Part shown: positions 39,650 through 51,479 of the stretch, piece after piece
How positions within the stretch are numbered: position 1 is the stretch's first letter
Layout: each line of letters starts with the position of its first letter
Origin: Raillietiella orientalis
Taxonomy: Eukaryota
Direction of reading: 5' to 3'
Assembly: GCA_036172245.1 (NCBI GenBank)
Contig: JAYWIR010000064.1
Coordinates: 124,001-188,000, forward strand
Length of the DNA: 64,000 nucleotides
Translations under genes and position numbers: made by a program
Notes under the pieces: model-generated
Databases searched by the model: none
What the model was told of the DNA's origin: nothing
The model's input: the letters and a program-made list of their open reading frames with translations, nothing else

Positions 39650-40240
39650 CGATTGGGCGGCCTATCCGGACGGCTCCGTAGTCGCTGACAAAGGGGTGTA
39701 CCGCGCTCAGCATCCCGGAACGGGACGGTGGCTGCGTGCGTCCCTGCCGTCGGTTGCGGCACTCAGCCAGTCTTTGAGCGATCCCTTCCGCTGGTGTTCC
39801 CCGTGGTACCGGGTCTAGGCTTCTCCTTTTCCTCTTGTGCGCTGGGTGGGTCGGTGAGCGCTCGTTATATGGGTGGCGCTGCTTCGGTCCGGTAGGTGTG
39901 CGCTCGGCGGCGAGCGCCCTCTGCAGTCCTGCAGAGTGCGCTCTCTTCCGCAGCCGCATTCTGGCTTCTGTTCTCGCACTGCAGGGGTGGGACCGAGCGG
40001 TGACTCTGGACACGGGGAGGGAGTATGGGGTGCACGTTCCGGCTGCCTGGAGACGGTTGCGGCACTGCTCATGTGGCGAACAGTCGACGGGACCGCTTGG
40101 AATCGACGGTGAGGAGGTCGACTTTCCGCCTGCCCACGATGTCGAGGTTGAACGCGCCCGTTGCCTTCGAAGGAAGGCTGATGGACGATTCCTGCAACGG
40201 CACCGGGGCTGAGAGAAGAGGCAATTGGCACCTGCGCTCC
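39650..40240 (+). pseudogene. Possible degenerate RNase H domain of LINE copy 2 (mirror ~2690-3280, minus)
   Basis: AAYPDGSV (YTDGS-like) at 39657-39680, then PAECAL, and FPPAH (WVPAH-like) near 40125. It lies between the RT and the terminal zinc finger. Confidence 0.45.
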
Positions 40241-41419
40241 GTTTCCAAGGAGGCCTCAGCTCCAGCGAGGGTGATCGTCGTGGGATCAAGTGTGTGCTCC
40301 GGGGCCTTTGCTGGCCGGGAGGGCCTTCAGGAATGTCGTGACGGGGATCCAAATAGGAGATGGCTGCAGGGCTGGCGAGCCGATGGAGCGCACGTGCCTG
40401 CCGTACGGCAGCCTGACGGGTGCTCGGCTGCGTGACGTACGGCCGGCAACCGTGGGCGTCTGGCCCCCGGTTGATTGCGGTCGTCCGGACGACGAACCCT
40501 GAAGAATCCGTCCGCTCCACTGCACTGCGCGAACCGTGGTGCTCCTTCCTCTTCGCGCGCAGTCTCTCGCTCGCAGCTCCCCAGTTCGAAATGCGAAGCG
40601 CTCCCGGTGCTCTGCCAGCTGTGGCGTCGCGTCCTCGTTCCTGGGCTGCCACGCGCGCACGCTGATCTCGCGGACGTGCTCCTGGGTTCCTGAAAACGAA
40701 AGCGAAAGTTCGAACGGCTTCCGTTTCCATTTTGGGTTTCTGCCGGAGCGCAGCGCGAGATGTCGTCTGCTTTTTCTCCGGACGAGTCACGTCGCCAGGA
40801 AGACCGACCTCTGAATGTCGCTCGGTCGTCGGCCGCGTGTTTCGCAGCGTCGTCGCGCGCCCTGGTGAAAGCCTCTTTGGGGCGCGGTGCCGGCGGTCCT
40901 TCGATGGGTGCGTCGTTAGTCGGAGGTTCTCCTTGTATGCCGAGCGACACTCGCTGATGGTCTGCGGCAGCGCGTGGTGGTTGGCGCGCGGGGGAGGAAC
41001 GCGCTCTGCGCGAGCGCTTCTTCGACTCGGTCGCGGGTGTGTGTTCGGTGTGGGGGTTTCGGCCGGTGGGAAGAAGTGTCGTCCTGCCCGTGCGTGGTCG
41101 GACGGCAGCTCCATCTGCGCGTATGGGCCGGCTGTGTGTCCAGGCGAGCAGGCGCGCTCGGAGCACGTGCTGAAAGACTGCACACTTGGACTCTTGCCGA
41201 AATGTGTGGGATGGGGAGCAATGGTGAGATTCAGCGCGGAAGTTGAGGAAGAGTGGAAGCGCGTCTTCGTTCGCGTGTGTGTTGGCGTCCGCGGCGCCTC
41301 GGAATCCGTGCGAAGAGAGCGCCTCCGCTCGGTGATTGTCGGCTCGGTTTTGCGTACCGCGCAAGCGATCCGTGATGGTCGCTGCAGCCACGGTCTCTCT
41401 CCACCGTGTTGTGGGTTGC

Positions 41420-41870
41420 CATGGACGTTGCGGTTTGCCCACGATAGTTTGATCCCGCCTACGAATCGGGTCGGGTGCGTTCTTCAGAAGGTTTGGCAAC
41501 TACGGGTGCAGGTAATGTCAAGTCGTGCTAGAAGGTGGGGATGGAGCGCGAGATTGCAGCACGTGACGATTGGTGCATCTACCCGCTTTGATTCGGATGT
41601 CCGACGGAAGATATGGAGCCATGCTCATTGAATAGGGCTGCTCAAGGGATTTCCGGAAACAGGTTATCGTGGCAATTCCTTGTCTGCGGCTAGCGATGTG
41701 AAGGTGTGCCCGGAGGTCTCCAGCAACCTTGTGTGGCAACATGCGGAAGAACCTGCTTTTGTTGTCGTCTTGTTGGTGGTTCTAAATTTCTTATGCTGCT
41801 TGGTAATGTCCTGAAGAATGGGATGTAGGAAGCCAAGGTTTTTCTTTCGGACGAAGGTCTTGAAGTTTCC
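41420..41870 (-). mobile_element. Possible LINE 3' remnant abutting copy 2 tail-to-tail
   Basis: Minus-strand RCTNRH...STT*HYLHP resembles a decayed zf-RVT. Weak. Confidence 0.28.
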
Positions 41871-43499
41871 ATAGTTTTTTTAAAGGTTTCTGCAGTCTAT
41901 CTCGATGTTGCCGAATTGCTGTTGCTTGTCGTGCATTCGAGGAATCTGCGTTTGACAAACCATTTGTTGAGCGTCTGCTCTTAAAAAAGTTTAAGAATGC
42001 GTCTTTTGTCTTTGCTCGTCTCTAGGCCTATTTTCACAGTGGTCTGTTTTTGTGTTTTTCCCATGGCAGTTTCCTTCAATCTTCTCCTTGCATACCAAAC
42101 TGTCTTTGTTTCTATTCCATTCTTGGACCAGAAAATTTTGGAACTTCATTGGAGGTTTCCTGTTGGCTGCTCTTCCTGATTATGGATGTTTCATCGGTTT
42201 GTTTTGAAAACTTACCCTGCCTAATCATGATGCCACTGTTTATTAATTTGTGTATCATATCTAGTGTGATTCAATTCTTCCTTTTGTTAGTGGTGATCAT
42301 TTTTTCTGCGGCGTGAGGCGCGAGGGAAATATGATTCGTCTCTCTGCATTGGACACGTGAAAAATTTCGGGTAAATTAAACGTTGATGAACCCGCACCGC
42401 TACGTACTGTCATCCATCGCGGTCTCCATGGGAACAACCTTGGCATGGAATTCCGTTTGGATTTTTGTGCATTATTCAGAAGGTGAAGTTTCGATTGAAA
42501 ACCTGTTTAGTCAGCTCCGAAGGCAGGATTTGAAAGTTTAATGTTATCGAACCCAACTACGCATTCGGAAGTCGTGGTTTGTGCAGTGAGTGCGCTTTTA
42601 GATGATTCAGGAAGTGCCTCGCAATGTGAAGGGAGTTGATGCTTTCCGATGAAGATAACTTACATCTTAGCTTAATGTGCTCTTCTGTTCACTGAAAAGA
42701 GACTGCGGTGGATTATGTTTTTCCCTAGGCTGTTCTTTAATCTTAAGAACTCCGAAATTGTTCTGAGAGCACAAGCAAAAGATGCGACTAGCCAAGGCAC
42801 TCTTAGTCGGCATTCGTCCCTCTCGTGTGTTAAGTGAGATCTTGGGGAATTTCGTCAGTTCATAATCTTGGCCCCCGAGAACTGTCCTGATTTTCGTTAT
42901 TTTCGAGAAGTTTGTTTTTCCTTCAGAACCCGCATTTGCCTTCAGCATTCCAGAGTGTCCTTCACTACCGTCGATCTACTTCATTCATGTTTGCGTTTTC
43001 GCAAATGGCGTATCACGAGGGGTGCAACCAGTGATTCGGTTTACTCCTCACCATCTTCTTTGCCTCGAAGCACTCTCGATTTAAGTCTTCACTTGAGGCT
43101 GTAGTCTCGTGAGGCTTCCTTTATCTGGCTCAATCTGTGCTTCCAGTAGATGTCCCTGGAGAAGTGCGTGCTGGAGAGCACCTTTTCATCCCTGGTGTGC
43201 TACCCCCCTCTCCATCACTTAGCGATCTTCAACTCTCTTCATAGTTCGCCGCTCGTCTTATTCCATGATTCCAGGCTCCTACAACAGTCATCCTACGATC
43301 CTGGAGATCCCTCAGATACTGGCACTACTTTGTCGGCAGAGTGCAGAGTTGACCTTCTAAGCTCGATAAGCTGTTTCGGGACAGTTGCATTCTCAGAGAG
43401 AAGCATGGTTGCCCTACTTACGGTACGAAAAATGACAGTTCATTATCTCTGATGAGGTCGACCAAATGATTTTTGCAATTCACGTTCCAGCACTAGTTG

Positions 43500-46300
43500 A
43501 GTTTACGCATCTCTCCGTTGACCTGGACCTCCTGGTCGAGCGTTCCTTTCTTTAAATTTACATGATTCTCGATTACTATCATCTGCAGGCATTGCGGCCA
43601 TTTGGTCTTTGCGTTGTGGGAGAAAAAAAAAACTGGGCGGGCAACACGGACAGATACAAAAAGGATGAGTGAACTCCCTCCTCTGTAATTACTCTGCCCT
43701 TCCTTCGGATGAGGCCGAGTCCTTGAGGAGCACAGGAAACAGAAAGAATTTTATGCATCGCTGCAAGGAGCTTCTCGAGCGTGACAGATCCTAACGGCGA
43801 GCTTTCTGGTGCTTTTGCGACACTCCGGAGATCAGCCTCACGCAATTTGATACCATTCTTGGAGAGCCAGGGAGAAAGAGGCGACTCGGAGTCGAAAGAA
43901 GGATGGCTCTCTCCTGAGATTTGTCCGGGTACATCCTTGCTTGGAATTCCCGTCGTCCAGTTTGCGATTGTTCCATTAAGCTCCATCCATTCTCTGGAGC
44001 CTACAAACTCTAGCGTCTTGCTGCAGTCGTTTGCTGCATCTTCGTCCACATTACGTCTGCTCGAAGCTCATAGGGATGCTGTTTGTCAAAAGTGGCTCTC
44101 CATCTTTTCCGTGCATTCGACTGCATGCACCCAGAACTCTTGAATTTGTGAGTTCTGTCGACTTTCCTACGAAATCTTCCATTCCCCCTCATGCTTGCGC
44201 AGACTCCTACTGAGAGTACGGGATGCTTTCGCTTTCTTTTGATCTTCTCCTTTGTAAACAACCGAGCTCTTAGAGGGAGCTCGGTATTTGGAAGACACCA
44301 ACATTTCCTCAAGAGCTGGGTGAGGAAAGGTGGACTCGTCCTCCCAATTCTCTGTAGCTCTTCTGGGAACGGGTCGAGGAGAAAAAATCTGTCAGTCGAA
44401 AAGTGGTGGTACAGGAACCGCGAGCAACTTCTGAAAGAGTTCTGCGTGTATCAGCGCTGAAGAATCAATGCAGTTACAAAGTGCATGGAACTTTCGAGAA
44501 TGGAAAGGAGTAATAGAAGGGTTCCATTCAGTGCTTTCTCTCGGCAGGTCTTTGCTAAGGTCATACGAGGTTTTCCGTTTTTCCTGAATGAAAGGAAGCC
44601 ACAAGCAAGTAAAGTCCTCAAGTCTCACCATCACTGAAACGCCACCAGAGGCTTGCGGAGGTGTCAGCATTCTCCGAAGATTTTCCACAGGTTAGAAAGA
44701 AAAGTCCGAGCAGTTCCAGAGTTCAAGATGTCTCGTCAGCCACAGAAACCGAAGGATATTTCAGGAAGAAGCAAAGTGTGTATTTGCCTGAGCTCAGAAG
44801 CCTCTTCACTGATATGCAGCCCGGAAGGCACGTCCAAGGACTTGCTGAGGTTTCTGTTTCCTCAGGACAGACCAGCCACTTGCAGACAGGCATCTCAGTT
44901 GGAATCGAATAGTCAATGTTTCTTGGACTCAACAAGGCAAGGAAGCCGTCCACCTGAGCACCTCGATGGTGAGAAAGACGTCAAGATGATTACGGCTTTA
45001 AAGAAGAACGAAGGAGGTGATCCTCCAGCTGTTCTTTTGGAGGAACAGAGGAAAACAGCCCTCTATGCCTGTTCCCTTTTTCATTCTTGCCACTGTTACT
45101 GAATACTCAAAGATGCTCATGACGTCTAGTGAGATTACTCATCCTTTGTCCTGGAGTATTGCACCTGGTTTCAGCTCTGAATCTGCTCTTGTTCCCGGGA
45201 TAGTCAAGCTGGAAGCCTCCAAATCCCAACGTTTCAGAGTAGCCTTCATGACTTGAGTCGCCAGCTCTACATGCATCTCTGTGATCACTATCTGGTTGCT
45301 GACCCAGTTGCCGTGGATGCGACCTCCTCCTCCCATCCTTTCATCTTTCTCGTGAACTTAGGTTCTACTGAACCATTCTCAAAGGCTGCACGCAGGAAAC
45401 TCTCTTCCATATTAGACCTCCGAGATCGGACTGGATGGATACCCTGACTGATATTTGTTACCACTACCAACATCTGCGCCGAAGTCAGCTCCAGGAAAGC
45501 TTGAGCCCACACTCTTCTGCGCTCACCATCATCACCTTCCTACTCGTTGGAACTTCAGGAACCTGACATCCTCCTGCTGTGGAATGCCGGAAGGAAGCAA
45601 GGGCTCTGTCCCTATCCTTAGTACAGGCTCGACCTTTCAGCGCTACTCATCATAAGGACCAGTAGCTTCGACAGGTGATTCATCACACGATTCTTAGAGG
45701 ATTGCGACTTCCGGAACACCATCCTTCTGTCCACTATTCATGACCACTATACTTCTGTTCACTATTCATGGCTACTATCCTTCTGTCCATAGAAACCAAC
45801 ACCTTTCATTAGATCTGATGAGCGTCGCCTCGTGCTCTGTATCCCAGCGTTTGGTTCATCCCTCAGCACTCTCTCTGTTTACCAAAACCGGTATACTGAG
45901 TTCTCTTGGATCCTACAGTCCAAGCTTCAGCGTTCAAGCAAACGGGACTTCGGCACAAGTTGCATCCATCCCTGATGGAAGACGCCCTGGCTCCTGCCCT
46001 GGATGTGAGAGCAAACGGATTCAGCTGCATGAATGAATCTGCAGGACTGCGGATTCATTCATCGGCGCGGCTGGATCATGCATAGAAATTGGAGCTCTTC
46101 ACCTTCGAAGCACGATGCTTTCCAGCGCAGGACACTGTTCTTTTCTTGCTTCGGGGTGTTTCGTGATACAGCACGGATGACCATAAAGTGCCTTGAGCGG
46201 GACGGTGCTCATGACCATCGATGAAGTTTCCGCTCGGAGGAGTTATAATGGAATCGAGGCCAATGGACTCTTAAGGACGACGTTCCAGAAAAGCAAGAGC
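43500..46300 (-). mobile_element. Degenerate LINE ORF2 (RT region)
   Basis: Minus-strand motifs in order: TPGQ (~45150, SPGPDG-like), LLSPRNIDYSI (SLLNxDYKI-like), CLPGCI (F.PGR.I-like), FSTD (~44400, FADD-like). Boundaries approximate. Confidence 0.5.
45719..45790. repeat. Short tandem repeat, 28-bp unit, about 2.5 copies
   Basis: ccatccttctgtccactattcatgacca / ctatacttctgttcactattcatggcta / ctatccttctgtccat. Confidence 0.85.
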
Positions 46301-48398
46301 GGCGTCTCCAAGCATGTCAAGACTCACCGAAGAAGGCGGATTTCCCGGATTATGCTATGCTGATGACTCACTAGTCATCCCATGGAAAAGCCTTCAGGGC
46401 TCGGAATCCGGGATAAAGGTATCGTCTCGTGCTGCTCCAGTTTCACCACTGGTTACAAAGCACGTGAGAAATCTTCAAGGAATAGCTGAGTAGAATGGCG
46501 ATACACACAGCAAGGGAACAGACTAGGAAAAGGAACGTTCTCTTGGTCATCAGAGTTTTCTGTTTCATTGCTTCAAGCAGATGTTTCTCTTGAAACAAAG
46601 CTAAGTAATCACTTCCGGTTATTTTTCATTGGAATCACTAAACGATGAGATCTCAACATCTGCCAAGCAGCAGTCAAGATCGTTGATCTGCAAAGAAGGC
46701 CAGCAATCTTTTGCCCCCTGGTGCACAAATCCGAACACTTTTTTGGATGCGCATGCCTCTGAAATCCCTTTCGAATCGCCTGTTTGAGAGGATTTCAGTG
46801 TTTCTGCTACTAAGGCGATTCTTCGCCATTCTTGTGGAAATCTTTCCAGCGTTTCCCAAACAGCGAACCAGCGAAGATCTCACTCAGCATCAAATGCATT
46901 TCATATTCTCTCTTCCTGACCAGGTGCAACTCAAGTGCACTAGAAGCATCTTGGGAATTCATCTCAGTGCATTTTTTCTTCCAGTCTGGAGACCCAGTTT
47001 CATGGTTTCTTCGTTTCAAGTTCGGTGTTTCCACCACGGCTTTGCTACTGTGCAATTCCGGAGGTCCTCTCCTCTATGTGACTCCACACGGCGACGCCTT
47101 CACATCTGCTTGCCCAATCAAAACGAGAGAGTTATTTTAGCGGATCACGCATTCCGTGCGGTCCTTTTGCCCTGCACCGGGCTCTGGGCTCTCCACTGAA
47201 ACGGAGAACCTAGCCAGGCCCCGTCGGGAAGTTGAAACACGACGGGCACTTCTTGAATGTTCCGGAGGCCTCAGCAAGGGCGGAAGCGCATCGCCGAGGC
47301 GCTTCGGCTCCTCTGTGTTGCTGGTCCGATGCTTAAAGAGAACTCTTAGAGGAAGAACCGCTTCTCCGCATCGCCAGCTGTCCTCCTGGCTGGCGATTCT
47401 CTGCCACACGCGAGCAACGGCGACCGCCAAAATAAGGGGAGTGCCTACGTCAATCAAGGGTGAATCTTTCAGTCTCCGTCGCCTGCGTGCGAAAGGCGGC
47501 CAAAATGCGATCCAATCCGGGATGCGGAGTGCTTCGGAAGATCGTAGGCAACCCGAAAACGCTAAAATCACCCCCCCTTCCCTTCCCTTCCGTCCCTTCC
47601 TTTCCCGATTCAAGTCCTCAAGAATCGCGTTGAGTGCCATGTGACCATCCCGTTTTCCATCTACGTATTCACTTGCTGACCCTTCATCCCCTCCTTGCCC
47701 CTTCCTAGCTTCGTCCCCAGCGAGGGCCGCCCCCTCCGTTTCGAGCTGGCACATGCCAGCATCCTTTCCAAACCGCACGGATTTTTATTTATTGCTTTGA
47801 GGAAATGGTCCGGCAGTCCGGAATGAGAGCGCCTTCGCTTATTTACACAGGAGCGATCCGTAGGAAGGATTTGCTGCGGAGTGGCATCTGAAAATCCTTT
47901 TGCATAAGGCATTCTAGGATAATCGGATACCCCTATTATCCTTTTTGCAGAGATTCCGAGATGCCACTCACTGCCTCTTTCAGCCATCTATTCATATTGT
48001 TTTCCAAACTGCCAACTCCGCTGGCTTTCCTTCGTTCCGTGGCGCTTTCGAAGATGTCTGCTGGGAGATGTTGCGCATCCCTTGGAAATGCTAAATCTGC
48101 CAATGATGCGGCAGCCTACCTACCAATACAGTGAGGGAGTAACGTCATTGGAGGGCGAGTCCTCGCAGATTTCATTTCGCGTAAGAGACAATGAAATGGA
48201 GCTAATGAGAAATCCACAATTTGATCCAGAAATCCTTGTGAGCTGGAACTGCACTGTGAGAGAGGAATCATTTACTGACAAGCGTTGCTATGAGGATTCT
48301 CATTTATCAGGTCCCGATATCAAGATAAATGAACTTGCAGAACATCCATTCTTAAGGCCGTTCTCTATTTGCTTAGGGTTTGGCGATTGGAATTCTAA

Positions 48399-48487
48399 TA
48401 CAGTCGTGCCTCGGTACTCGTCGGTTTCGGTGCTCGTCACGAGTTCCGGAACGAATTACCGACGAGTACCGAGGCATATAACTGTAC
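48399..48487. repeat. Long hairpin with perfect 19-bp stem
   Basis: TGCCTCGGTACTCGTCGGT (48407-48425) is the exact reverse complement of ACCGACGAGTACCGAGGCA (48458-48476), with an outer tacagt/actgta extension. Confidence 0.93.
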
Positions 48488-49039
48488 TGGAGTGGAGCTA
48501 AGTGAAGATTTCTCTTGGTTCTCCAAGTACGGTTGCTTTCCAAAGACCAGTTTTCTAGCCGGGAAACCCAGGGTTCAGAAAGGAATGAGACCAAGGCGCA
48601 GTCGGCAAGAGAGGGCACCTATTTTAGACACTGATTACTGTTAATGGAGACCAAAACCGTAGGTCTCTTGACGCTTTCAGATGGTCAAAAATGATGCTGC
48701 TTATTAAACCGCGGAGAGACTTTGTATTTTCCACCGTTCTCTTGTGAACTCCGGTGATATGTGGCCTCCGGCCTCTCTCTCGAGCGAGCATAGCTCATGG
48801 CTATCAGTCGTTCCATCTCCATTCCAGCTCATGAACCCCAATTTGCTTCCCTTTTCGGAGCATCTATCCATTTCCAGCAGCTGTACCGAGTGGTTCCGGC
48901 CTTTCAAATAAAGGGAGCTCACAGTAGAACAAAAAAACAAAAAAAGACTGATCGTTCTCGCAGCGAATCAAAGAGGGGTCATGTGCAAGCAGGAACAAGG
49001 TGTACATGCAATTTGGAACCACGCGGTCAACATGCGCGT

Positions 49040-49570
49040 TCACCACTAGACACGGGGGAATGTGGATGCCAACTGGGGCACGTGAGGGGAGGAGACCCTC
49101 TGGCATCTCTGCTGTTAGACTGTGCTGCCTCCCGATCCCTTTGGGATCGCCTAGTGACGACCCTTGGAATCTCCCAGGTGGGAGGCCCCAGGGGCATTTC
49201 TAGACACCTTTTCGTTGCGTACCACACTACCTCCTTCAGCCGCCGCGTTCCCTCGAGGTTCTCTGCTCTCTTCGCGTGATGGTGGAACGCAGGAAGAAGA
49301 GACCAAAATAGAAGGGACTCCATCCACCAGGCGAGAATTTTCTTGAGGACTGCCACCAGATGCCGCCACCTGGGTAACCATACGGATCGAACTTGCCAAC
49401 GTCCTGAGCAGGATGCAGAGGACGTTTCACAACAGGGAGCAGTGATCCCTTCCACATTTCCCCTCCCCCCCTTCCTTCCCAAGTGAACTTTGCTTCCTTT
49501 TTTTGTTTATCTTTGCTTTCGGTTTTCCTTTTTCCCCTTCGCTGCCAAAGTGGACTTCGCCGGTCTGCGT
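49040..49570 (+). mobile_element. LINE 3' fragment (zf-RVT plus T-rich 3' UTR)
   Basis: LDTGECGC...LLLDCAASRSLWDR in ORF 48797..49279+; T-rich tract near 49490-49540. Confidence 0.75.
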
Positions 49571-49779
49571 ACCGGTCTTCGGCAGGTACGTGGCAATTCG
49601 TGGTTTCATTGCACGTGGTTTGTCGGCCGGGTTGCCGAAGCATTTATTTTAAAATAAAAGTACATGGAAATGTCCCTGTGGTGAACCGCTTGGTTCACCA
49701 CGCCATGGCAACTTGTCGGTCGCTGGTCGGGAGACCGACGAGGTCTCCCGACAAGGTCCGTTTTCGCAGCTTTTTCAGT

Positions 49780-50370
49780 TCGGGGAAAACACAAACAAAA
49801 AAACATGAAAGTACAACAAGGGTGGGGGAGGTGTTTCGGGGGAAGGAAGGGCAGGGAGGGGATCACTGTTCGCGGAGAGATATCCTCTTTATCCTGTACA
49901 GGATATCCCAACAAGTTGCGCCCTCACATTGCGTAAGTGGAACCAACGGGATGCGGTCTTCAAAAAGAACCGGGTCCAATGGATGGCATCTCTGCCATTC
50001 TGGCTTCTTCTCGATGTGTTCCAAGCCGCCACGATTCCACGAATGGAATAGAGAGCTGCCAAGACCGCGGTCGGAAGCAGAGCGGCACGCATGGTAAGGC
50101 TCTTAAAAATGCCTTTGGTTCCGCCTTCGGGGATGTCTAGAATCATCTGTCGACGATTCCAGAGGGGTCGGAGGGCAGCACAGTCCATCAGAAGATGCGG
50201 CAGAGTTCTTTGACGCCGTACCTTTCGCAGCGGGCATCCACATTTCCTCGTGTCCAGAGAGAAAGGCGTGCTCTGCTTTGGATTCCCCAATGCAACACTA
50301 GCAACGCTGCCACTTCCTCCTGCCATTTCATGAAGAGGTGCCACTATCCCAACATGCTGGGGGGCCACTT
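49780..50370 (-). mobile_element. LINE 3' fragment (zf-RVT), same family as 49040-49570
   Basis: LDTRKCGC...TLPHLLMDCAALRPLWNR...SIRGIVAAWN in ORF 49889..50368-. Confidence 0.8.
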
Positions 50371-50399
50371 CACCTCCTCGTTTTGTGCACGTGGTAGAA

Positions 50400-51430
50400 T
50401 GAAGTTTTTTTTTTTTTTAGTATTCGTGTATTTTTGTTATTACATTCAATGATGAATGCCCCTGCAAAACCGGGTGAGAAAGCTGCATTTCAAGAGCTCC
50501 TCGTTCTGGAACTGAGCTGTGGTCATCCTGAGTACTGCGACCGAAAGGACAGTTCTTCCATCCATATGATGTCCTGCACTGTGCTGGAAGCGGCGCTGGT
50601 CATTCGTAAATCCTGTTTTCTTTCGTGGGATACCCACGGCGTCTGCTGTCAGGGATTTGAAATGTTCCACGGAGTGAATCTCGTCCACGTCTTTTTTTTC
50701 GTCCGAAGCTGCCGCGCTGGGATTCCCGGAGCCTCCCGCTTGGGCGGAGGGCGATGCCTGGAAACTCTCTGCTCCGCATCCGTCCCAAAGTACTCACGTA
50801 CCTCCGAGAGCCGATTCGGAAGCGTCCCTTCCCGTTTCAGATACGCGCCTTGGTACTTAAGGCTAGGTGGTGGCGAAATATGGGAGGGAGAGGAAGCAAT
50901 GCATCTCCGTCTGCAATCCAGAGCTTCGTTTCCTGGGGCTAAGATGGATCCTTGAGCGGCGTAGGTTTTTGCCACCACCTCTGCATGACGTTGACGTCTG
51001 ATGACGTTGGTTTGAAGCTACGCATTCCACCTGACCATCAAGGTGACCGAAATCCATTGCTGGGAGAACACGCACTGTTTCCGGTTCCTCCTGCCATTTG
51101 TTTTCCAGCTGCTCACCTTGCGGGACGAACCGAAGGACCTGTTTTAGTCGGATGCTGTCTTTTTTTGAAGCCGTTTCGCGACGCCTCCACAGCGGTGCAT
51201 GAGGTTCCGTCTGACACGCATTTCTTGTCATCGGACCCTCCGTCCGCTTCCTCAAACTAAATGAAGGGCATCCGGATGAGGGCTTGAGGGCGACTGCAGC
51301 CCCAACGCCCCTTGCGGAACGAGGTGAAGGACTCTCTGAGGTGGAGTGAGGGCTAGCCCCCGGGGAGGGGCTACTTGTCATCTTCATGCCAGAGGAAAGA
51401 AGAGAGCTACGGTCCGAGGGCACGAAGTGG
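50400..51430 (-). mobile_element. RT remnant ending in an A-rich tail
   Basis: Motifs in order: VPQGEQL, GHLDG (YLDD-like), LRRSRIHLSPRK (L...GL.LN..K-like), LKYQGAYL (KYLG-like). The T-run at ~50405-50418 is poly(A) on the minus strand. Confidence 0.6.
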
Positions 51431-51479
51431 CCCTGGGCCCACTTCTTGGGGTCTCGAGTGGGTCGAGGGGAATAGGCGA

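Larger units (their letters stand above)
29307..41255. repeat. Right arm of ~12 kb inverted duplication (partner 1674-13622)
   Basis: Reverse complement of the left arm; begins acaggcaaaaactc (29307) and ends gaggaagagtg (41255). Confidence 0.97.
29307..41400 (+). mobile_element. Degenerate long GC-rich LINE-like element, copy 2
   Basis: Decayed ORF2 motifs in order: GDANAH 33400, EADALFV 33638, GKAPLCTG 35636, RT block, VSWD..C....GGGGVG 37903, VCGAC 38704, YPDGS 39663, C...CPGEQARSEHVLKDC 41116-41181, then VLRTAQAIRDGR. Confidence 0.75.

Noticed and set aside
1674..41255. Giant DNA transposon, Polinton or endogenous virus with 12-kb terminal inverted repeats
   Set aside because: No transposase, integrase, polB or packaging ATPase is visible in the spacer, no TSD is apparent, and the arms themselves carry LINE motifs.
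42510..42575. tRNA-like fragment on the minus strand (ttcaaatcctgccttcgga)
   Set aside because: It is only ~55 nt, with no D or anticodon arm and an incomplete B-box.
46600..48100. Another minus-strand retroelement remnant
   Set aside because: Plausible from context, but I found no diagnostic motif I could defend.
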